A stretch of DNA of 12,477 nucleotides from an uncultured bacterium (lineage in GTDB: Bacteria; Abyssobacteria; SURF-5), in the NCBI GenBank assembly GCA_964510165.1, contig CAZEBC010000123.1:1-12477 (forward strand), read 5' to 3'. Position 1 is the stretch's first letter. Each line of letters starts with the position of its first letter. The translations under genes were made by a program, and so were the position numbers. The notes under the pieces were generated by a model. The model ran no database searches. It was not told the origin of the DNA and worked only from the letters and a program-made list of their open reading frames with translations. Shown one piece after another: positions 7,084-12,477 of this stretch.

Positions 7084-8269
7084 CCCACGCTCTCTGCCTT
7101 CTGGCCAGGTACATCATCATGACAAATCCGATAAAGACCACTCCGGCCAGCGCCACGAACACATGGTTCAGGCCAAACCTGTCCGCCACCATTCCCGAAA
7201 ACCCCGACGCGAACGACCCGAAACCGAACGCCGTCGAGAAATACAGCCCAAAGCCCAGCCCCCGTCCGCGCGGGTCAGTGTATTCGGCCACCAGGTTGTT
7301 TCCCACGGGCTGGCTGCTGAAATGGAAGAACGCGAACGCCATCGTGACGATGAAAAGAGCATAGTTCGTCAATACGCTCATCAGAAGCAGTAAAGGAATG
7401 GTCACCAACATCATCACCGCGAACAGTTTCTCAAGCTTGAACCGACCGGTCAAATGCCCGCCCACAAACTGGCCGGCTACCCCGACAAGCAGCGTCAGTG
7501 TTGCGAAAGTTCCTCCCTTGAGCACGTCGCTTCCCTCGAAAATCCCACCGTTCAGGTTCTTCGCGAAATACGTCGGCAGGTATGTGGTCACCCCTCGATA
7601 GCAGAATCCCATGACGACCGCCACGAATAGAAACAAGACCAGAGGCGCTGCGGAATCCTTGGCGACATGTTCGGGCCAAAAACGACTGTTGCGCTCTCGC
7701 GGCGGCGTCTCGCTCACATTCAGCCTCGCCACGCCAAGTGCGGCAAGAAGCCCCAACAATCCGAATGCCGCAAAGGAAATGCGCCAGCCGTTCACCGGGA
7801 AAAAGGCCGTGGGCAGGGTCGCAAGCACCGGCACTGTCGCAAGGCCCAGGCCGCCGCCCATCCCGTGATACCCAAGCGCTTTCCCAAGCTCTTCTTTCAC
7901 CTCGGTTGTTATCAGAGTCGTTCCCGACGGATGATACAAACTGATGAAGGCGCCCATCGCTGCGAGCCCCATGGCCAGGCCGGTGATCGAGCGGCAGGCA
8001 GCAATGAACAAACTCGAAAGCGCCGCCCCGAGCAGGTACACCACAATGATCCGCCTCGGACCCGCCCGATCCGCAATGTAGCCCGCCGGCAGCGCCCCCA
8101 GCCCGAACGCCAGCGCCAGCAGGTTCTGCATCCAGCCCGCCGTCGTCAGCTTTAGCTGAAAATATACCAGCAGCGCAGGCAGCAACGCGGGGAAGATCTG
8201 CTCATAACAGTGAACCAGCGTGTGGCAACTCGCCATCAGCAGCACTACCCACCGCTCTTGCCTCTTCAT
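7055..8269 (-). CDS. MFS transporter
   Basis: 404 aa with about 12 hydrophobic segments. Motif A GYIADRAGPR, C-terminal GMVADRFG, HTLVH and SLYHP (Fsr-like). SD GAGAGG. Confidence 0.92.
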   Translation of the reverse strand: MKRQERWVVLLMASCHTLVHCYEQIFPALLPALLVYFQLKLTTAGWMQNLLALAFGLGALPAGYIADRAGPRRIIVVYLLGAALSSLFIAACRSITGLAMGLAAMGAFISLYHPSGTTLITTEVKEELGKALGYHGMGGGLGLATVPVLATLPTAFFPVNGWRISFAAFGLLGLLAALGVARLNVSETPPRERNSRFWPEHVAKDSAAPLVLFLFVAVVMGFCYRGVTTYLPTYFAKNLNGGIFEGSDVLKGGTFATLTLLVGVAGQFVGGHLTGRFKLEKLFAVMMLVTIPLLLLMSVLTNYALFIVTMAFAFFHFSSQPVGNNLVAEYTDPRGRGLGFGLYFSTAFGFGSFASGFSGMVADRFGLNHVFVALAGVVFIGFVMMMYLARRQRAWVDAGLGGML

Positions 8270-8290
8270 CGTTTCCTCTCCGCCTACCCT

Positions 8291-8308
8291 AATTCGGTTA
8301 CACCACGC
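8291..8308. repeat. Degenerate half-copy of the intergenic palindrome
   Basis: AATTCGGTTACACCACGC resembles one arm (AATTCGGGGACACCTTGC) of the adjacent copy 2. Confidence 0.5.
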
Positions 8309-8317
8309 GCCCCCTTA

Positions 8318-8354
8318 AATTCGGGGACACCTTGCCGCAAGGTGTCCCCGAATT
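8318..8354. repeat. Intergenic palindrome, copy 2
   Basis: AATTCGGGGACACCTTGC-C-GCAAGGTGTCCCCGAATT: perfect 18-bp arms. Central base is C on +, so inverted relative to copies 1 and 3. Confidence 0.92.
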
Positions 8355-8360
8355 CAGGCG

Positions 8361-8406
8361 AATAAGCAAATGGCCCATTATCACGCTGACCGCATGATAA
8401 CGGGCC
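8361..8406 (-). terminator. Putative intrinsic terminator/attenuator hairpin
   Basis: Minus strand GGCCCGUUAUCAUGC-GGUCA-GCGUGAUAAUGGGCC: 15 bp, and both non-Watson-Crick pairs are G-U only on this strand. Followed by an imperfect U-rich tail AUUUGCUUAUU. Confidence 0.55.
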
Positions 8407-8508
8407 GTTGAGGTAAAACCGGGCCGGAACGCGTTCTCGCAAAAATGGGGGCCCGCACACGCGTCCTCGGTCACCTTGGAAATTCAGTCACAAGAAAGCA
8501 TCTACGTC

Positions 8509-8545
8509 ATATTGGGGACACCATGCGGCATGGTGTCACCAATAT
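8509..8545. repeat. Intergenic palindrome, copy 3
   Basis: ATATTGGGGACACCATGC-G-GCATGGTGTCACCAATAT: 18-bp arms, one mismatch. Confidence 0.92.
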
Positions 8546-8568
8546 TTCGGGGGAAAGCGCTCCCGACG

Positions 8569-8805
8569 TCAAATGGTCTCAAGCTTCCGGGATTCAATCT
8601 CCGGCTTGCCGCTTTGCAGGCCGTGCTGTTTCCCGCAGAAGATGTTGCCCCAGTTTATGTCGTCCGGCGCGACGCTGGTAAGCTCCGAACGTCTGACGGA
8701 AGCCAACTTTCCAGGTTCCTCAGGCGGCTCCTTGCTCGGCGCCACCAGGTCGTCCTGTTCCTTAAAGAGCTTCTTAGGGTTATTGTATTCTTTTCTCTCG
8801 AACAC
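8569..8805 (-). CDS. Hypothetical small protein (78 aa)
   Basis: GTG start 6 nt after SD GAGGTGA (8818-8812), directly downstream of a near-consensus promoter. Fills otherwise empty space. No family recognised. Confidence 0.65.
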   Translation of the reverse strand: MFERKEYNNPKKLFKEQDDLVAPSKEPPEEPGKLASVRRSELTSVAPDDINWGNIFCGKQHGLQSGKPEIESRKLETI

Positions 8806-8824
8806 GCCCCATCACCTCGTCTTA

Positions 8825-8853
8825 AGTATATACCCGCTGCCCCTCTCTGTCAA
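8825..8853 (-). promoter_or_regulatory. sigma70-type promoter for the 78-aa ORF
   Basis: TTGACA (8853-8848), 17 nt, TATACT (8830-8825). Confidence 0.78.
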
Positions 8854-8886
8854 CGTGAACCCGATACCTTCGCCCGACAAATTCAT

Positions 8887-8916
8887 TTGACTTTCTTCGG
8901 CACGGATAGTTATAAT
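8887..8916 (+). promoter_or_regulatory. sigma70-type promoter for the oxidoreductase operon
   Basis: TTGACT (8887-8892), 18 nt, TATAAT (8911-8916). Confidence 0.72.
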
Positions 8917-8920
8917 TATC
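8905..8920. promoter_or_regulatory. Putative operator overlapping the -10 box
   Basis: GATAGTTA-TAATTATC: 16-bp palindrome with one mismatch. Confidence 0.45.
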
Positions 8921-8974
8921 TATCTGGCAATCACTTGTCTTTCAACATGCCGCAGTGGCGGACGATGGTGTTCT

Positions 8975-9211
8975 ATGTCTGAATCAACGACCGAAAAAAA
9001 GAAAAGCGAGGCCTACATCATCATATTGGAGGAGCGCTGTAAGAGCTGCCGGTTCTGTGTGGACACCTGTCCGCGCGAATGCATCGCGATAGACACCCGC
9101 ATTAACTCGCAGGGCTATCACCCCGCCAAGTTCGAGGGAAACGGGCAATGCACCGGCTGTTGCTTGTGCGCCGAGGTCTGCCCCGACACGGCGATCGAAG
9201 TTTACAAGTAA
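8975..9211 (+). CDS. 2x[4Fe-4S] ferredoxin-like delta subunit of 2-oxoacid:ferredoxin oxidoreductase
   Basis: CKSCRFCVDTCP and CTGCCLCAEVCP with the NxxGYHP linker. First gene of the operon. Confidence 0.93.
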   Translation: MSESTTEKKKSEAYIIILEERCKSCRFCVDTCPRECIAIDTRINSQGYHPAKFEGNGQCTGCCLCAEVCPDTAIEVYK

Positions 9212-9251
9212 TGCTTTCACGCCATCCGAGGAACCAATAGGGGATTGCTAA

Positions 9252-10319
9252 ATGACTGAGCCACAATTGGTTAAGGGTAACACTGCCCTCGCGGAGGCCG
9301 CTATCCAGGCCGGATGCCGATACTACTTCGGCTATCCGATCACGCCGCAGAACGATATTCCGGAATACCTCTCGGAGCATCTGCCCAAAACGGGCGGCGT
9401 GTTCATACAGGCCGAAAGCGAGATCGCCTCAATCAATATGGTCATGGGCGCGTCGGCCACGGGCGCCCGCGCGATGACCTCTTCCTCCGGCCCCGGCATC
9501 TCGCTTATGCAGGAGGGCATGTCGTACATGGCCGGAAGCGAGATTCCCGGACTGGTTGTCAACGTGATGCGATGCGGTCCCGGACTGGGCGGCATCTCAC
9601 CCACGCAGGGCGATTACTTCCAGGCTACACGCGGCGGCGGCCACGGCGACTACTACAATATCGTGCTCGCGCCCGCGTCGGTGCAGGAGATGTTCGACCT
9701 GACCATCAAAGCGTTTGAATTGTCCGACAAGTATCGCAACCCCGCCATGATCCTCGCCGACGCCATCCTCGGCCAGATGAAAGAGCCCGCTGTCCTCGAG
9801 CCGCGCGAACCGGTGCGTTTCTTCGACAAACCCTGGGCGATCACCGGCGCGAAAGACCGCAAACAACAATACCTTAAGACGCTCTACCTGAGCGACGGCG
9901 AGCAGGAGGCTCACAACCTGGAGCTTAAGAAGAAGTACGATATCATCCGCGAGAAGGACGTCATATGCGAGGAGAAATGGCTTGATGACGCCGAACTCGT
10001 GGTCATAGCGTTCGGGACTGCCTCCCGTATCGTGAAAACGGCCATGAACATGGCGAAAGAGGAGGGGCTCCGCGTCGGGCTCATTCGACCCATCACGCTG
10101 TTCCCGTTCCCGGAAAGAGAAATCCGCGCCGCCAGCAAACGCATACCCAAGGTGCTGGTCGTCGAAATGAACACCGGTCAGATGCTGACCGATGTGCAGA
10201 TTTCCGCCCATAGGAGCGCCGACATCTTCTTCTACGGCAGGCCCGGCGGCGGAGTGCCCACGCCCGAGGAAGTCCTCGAAGAGATGAAAAGGAGCATCCA
10301 TGCCGAAGCAAGTATTTAG
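9252..10319 (+). CDS. vorB: 2-oxoacid:ferredoxin oxidoreductase alpha subunit (3-methyl-2-oxobutanoate dehydrogenase VorB-like)
   Basis: KGNx[47 protein letters not shown] and VEMN motifs. Confidence 0.9.
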   Translation: MTEPQLVKGNTALAEAAIQAGCRYYFGYPITPQNDIPEYLSEHLPKTGGVFIQAESEIASINMVMGASATGARAMTSSSGPGISLMQEGMSYMAGSEIPGLVVNVMRCGPGLGGISPTQGDYFQATRGGGHGDYYNIVLAPASVQEMFDLTIKAFELSDKYRNPAMILADAILGQMKEPAVLEPREPVRFFDKPWAITGAKDRKQQYLKTLYLSDGEQEAHNLELKKKYDIIREKDVICEEKWLDDAELVVIAFGTASRIVKTAMNMAKEEGLRVGLIRPITLFPFPEREIRAASKRIPKVLVVEMNTGQMLTDVQISAHRSADIFFYGRPGGGVPTPEEVLEEMKRSIHAEASI

Positions 10320-11055
10320 TCGCCCCAAAGCGCTTTCGGACAAGCCCACGCATTTCTGCCCGGGCTGCACCCACGGTACCGCCCACCGGCTCGTCGCCGA
10401 GGCCATCGACCATTTCGGCGTGCAGGAAAAGACCATCGGCGTCGCGTGCGTCGGCTGCGCCGTCTTCATGTACGATTACTTCAACATCGACGTCATCGAG
10501 GCGCCCCACGGACGCGCGCCCGCCGTGGCCACCGGCGTCAAGCGCTCTCTGCCCGACCGCATCGTGTTCACCTACCAAGGCGACGGCGACCTCGCGGCCA
10601 TTGGAACTTCCGAAATCATCCACACCGCCAACCGGGGCGAGAATATCACGGTCGTGTTTGTCAATAATACCGTCTACGGCATGACCGGCGGCCAGATGGC
10701 CCCGACAACGCTTCTCGGCCAACAGACTACCACAAGCCCGTACGGCCGCGATTTCCGCACCGACGGATACCCCATCCGCATGGCCGAGATGCTGGCCACG
10801 CTCGAGGGCGTCGCCTATTCGGCGCGCGTCTCGCTCCACAACGCGAAAGCCGTGCTCAACGCGAAGAAAGCCATCCGCAAGGCCTTCGAGATGCAGGTGA
10901 ACGAGATGGGATTCTCAATAGTCGAGGTGCTCTCGGCGTGCCACACCAACTGGCGCGTCACCCCGCTCGAAGGCCAGAAAAAAGTCGTGGACGAAATGAT
11001 CCCGTACTTCCCCCTCGGCGTGTTCAAGGAGCGGACGGGGAAGGATTTCCTATAA
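10300..11055 (+). CDS. 2-oxoacid:ferredoxin oxidoreductase TPP-binding beta subunit
   Basis: [21 protein letters not shown] motif GDGD...NN and [12 protein letters not shown]. Overlaps the alpha stop by 20 nt. Confidence 0.93.
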   Translation: MPKQVFSRPKALSDKPTHFCPGCTHGTAHRLVAEAIDHFGVQEKTIGVACVGCAVFMYDYFNIDVIEAPHGRAPAVATGVKRSLPDRIVFTYQGDGDLAAIGTSEIIHTANRGENITVVFVNNTVYGMTGGQMAPTTLLGQQTTTSPYGRDFRTDGYPIRMAEMLATLEGVAYSARVSLHNAKAVLNAKKAIRKAFEMQVNEMGFSIVEVLSACHTNWRVTPLEGQKKVVDEMIPYFPLGVFKERTGKDFL

Positions 11056-11085
11056 CCGGATCGTAGCAACTTCGAGGAATAACTC

Positions 11086-11631
11086 ATGCACACCGACGTA
11101 ATCATGGCGGGCTTTGGCGGACAGGGAATCATGCTGATAGGCGACATCCTCGCCTACGCCGCGATGGCGGAGGGCAAGCGTGTCACCTATATGCCGACTT
11201 ACGGCGTCGAGATGCGAGGCGGAACCGCAAACTGCACCATCATGGTCTCCGACGATGAAATCGGCTCGCCCATGACCGGACACCCGCGCGCCGTCATCGT
11301 CATGAACGGCCCGTCACTCACGAAGTTCCAGCCCCGTGTGCGCCCGGGCGGATTCCTGCTCGTGAACACCTCGCTCATCGAGGCAACCCAGGTGCATCGC
11401 ACCGACATCGACACGTTGTTCCTGCCCGCAAACGACATCGCGCTCGAACTCGGAAACAGCAAGATGGCGAACATGGTCGCGCTCGGCGGCTACATCGAGC
11501 GGATGCAGGTCGTCTCGCTTGAAAGCGTCAAGAAAGCGCTGCCCAAGGCCATCGCCGAACGATATCACAAGACCATACCGGCAAACATAAAGGCGATCGA
11601 AACCGGTGCGCAACTCGCGCGGCGGGGGTGA
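11086..11631 (+). CDS. 2-oxoacid:ferredoxin oxidoreductase gamma subunit
   Basis: AGFGGQG, YGVEMRGGTANC and NMVALG. SD GAGGA. Confidence 0.93.
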   Translation: MHTDVIMAGFGGQGIMLIGDILAYAAMAEGKRVTYMPTYGVEMRGGTANCTIMVSDDEIGSPMTGHPRAVIVMNGPSLTKFQPRVRPGGFLLVNTSLIEATQVHRTDIDTLFLPANDIALELGNSKMANMVALGGYIERMQVVSLESVKKALPKAIAERYHKTIPANIKAIETGAQLARRG

Positions 11632-11638
11632 GGACACC

Positions 11639-12220
11639 ATGGCCGATATACAAGAAATGCGCGTGGGCGAAAAAGTGAAGAAACTGCGCGAGGAAAAAGG
11701 CATGTCGCTCGCCGAGCTCGCCGAGAAGTCCGGCTTCTCCTCGGCGCTCCTCTCGCAGATCGAAAACCACATGATCTCGCCCCCGCTCGGAACCCTCATA
11801 AAACTCGCGGGCGCGATGGACGTCTCCATCGGCCATTTCTTCGAGGACAAGGCCGACGCGCCGTTCATCATCGTGCGCGGCGAGGAAAGGCGGCACGTCT
11901 CGCGCGTCGCCTCCAAGCAAGGCGTCAAGTTCGGCTACCGCTACGAATCGCTCGCGCAGGACAAGAAGAACCGCTTCATGGAGCCGTTCCTCGTCACGCT
12001 CGAGCCCGCCACCAGGAAGGACCGCAACGCCTACTCCCACGAGGGTGAGGAATTCATCTTCGTTCTCGACGGCGAGATGGAAGTCACCCTCGAGGACCAC
12101 ACCGACGTGCTCAAGCCCGGCGACTGCATCTACTTCGACTCGCGCCTGCGCCACCGCGTCGAATGCGTCGGCGACAAGGAAACCCGAATCCTCGCCGTCA
12201 TCCACGCCCCGCATAAGTAA
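11639..12220 (+). CDS. XRE-family HTH regulator with C-terminal cupin domain
   Basis: GEKVKKLREEKGMSLAELAEKSGFSSALLSQIEN HTH. Cupin HEGEEF and GDCIYFDS..H. ATG 11639 after GAGGA. Confidence 0.93.
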   Translation: MADIQEMRVGEKVKKLREEKGMSLAELAEKSGFSSALLSQIENHMISPPLGTLIKLAGAMDVSIGHFFEDKADAPFIIVRGEERRHVSRVASKQGVKFGYRYESLAQDKKNRFMEPFLVTLEPATRKDRNAYSHEGEEFIFVLDGEMEVTLEDHTDVLKPGDCIYFDSRLRHRVECVGDKETRILAVIHAPHK

Positions 12221-12289
12221 AGGGGGAAAAGGGGAAGGGGGCGAGGAAACTGCTTGATCTGAAGACACCGAGCAGGCGGAGCAACTGTG

Positions 12290-12477
12290 ATGAAACGAAA
12301 CGGCAGCAAAAGCCTTTGCCCCATGTGTGGCGGCATCAAGAAGGAGGGGACGGCGCTTTACAGTGTCGATCTGGGCTTTGGAATCGTCGTTATCCGAAAC
12401 GTGCCGGCGAAAGTGTGCGCCCAATGCGGAGAGGAATGGATTGCGCTGAAAACCGCCTCAAAACTCGAAAGGCTAGT
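12290..12477 (+). CDS. YgiT-type zinc finger protein (MqsA-antitoxin N-terminal-like), partial
   Basis: Not in the ORF track. Hand translation MKRNGSKSLCPMCGGIKKEGTALYSVDLGFGIVVIRNVPAKVCAQCGEEWIALKTASKLERL... has CxxCGG and NVPAxVCxxCGE. GGAG upstream. Open to the right edge. Confidence 0.85.
   Translation, partial: MKRNGSKSLCPMCGGIKKEGTALYSVDLGFGIVVIRNVPAKVCAQCGEEWIALKTASKLERL

Noticed and set aside
8299..8475. ~58-codon GTG-initiated minus-strand ORF across the structured spacer
   Set aside because: No SD, it runs through palindrome copy 2 and the hairpins, and it has no recognisable motif.
6582..8545. CRISPR interpretation of the ~37-bp repeats
   Set aside because: Copies are 154 bp and ~1.7 kb apart with genes between them, are fully palindromic, vary in orientation, and there are no cas genes.
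8533..8571. Selenocysteine read-through of the small ORF's TGA (a small hairpin follows)
   Set aside because: Read-through adds only about 10 residues running into the palindrome, with no redox motif context. The hairpin is weak.
8960..8995. Fluoride riboswitch-like GATGGTGTTC
   Set aside because: The flanking P1 pairing and the downstream pseudoknot partner (UGACACC) are absent. It overlaps the ferredoxin RBS/start.
11632..11641. GGACACCATG match to the palindrome arm
   Set aside because: It is the SD-spacer-ATG of the XRE gene with no second arm, so likely chance.
12226..12292. Cobalamin riboswitch-like AAAAGGGGAA...GCAACTGTGA, or G-quadruplex in the G-rich tract
   Set aside because: The conserved GGUG/CC stem and CCC before GCAACUG are missing and there is no room for the aptamer. 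Only three long G runs are present.
9597..12424. Long minus-strand ORFs (9597-10469, 10093-10839, 11314-11928, 11528-12424)
   Set aside because: Antisense shadows of the oxidoreductase and XRE genes.

Overview
GC-rich bacterial chromosomal window with two divergent blocks. The 2-oxoacid:ferredoxin oxidoreductase and Fe-S proteins suggest an anaerobe (inference). Minus strand, in transcription order: orphan 78-aa ORF with a near-consensus sigma70 promoter; a ~300-bp structured spacer; MFS transporter; then an apparently ArsR-led, tightly coupled run of arsR, SAM methyltransferase, HAD hydrolase, DapF-like epimerase, D-Ala-D-Ala ligase, LOG-family protein, DUF1848, GlcD-like FAD oxidase and GlcF-like Fe-S protein (runs off the left edge). 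Plus strand: Vor/Kor-type 2-oxoacid:ferredoxin oxidoreductase operon (delta, alpha, beta, gamma), an XRE-cupin regulator and a partial YgiT-type zinc finger. Most notable: (i) three copies plus a half-copy of a 37-47-bp intergenic palindrome (GGGGACACCWTGC-S-GCAWGGTGTCCCC) with compensatory changes, two of them an inverted pair bracketing an attenuator-like RNA structure upstream of the MFS gene; (ii) a DapF with Cys/Ser instead of the Cys/Cys catalytic pair, next to ddl; (iii) the orphan small protein. All calls are by-eye motif recognition; no searches were run.
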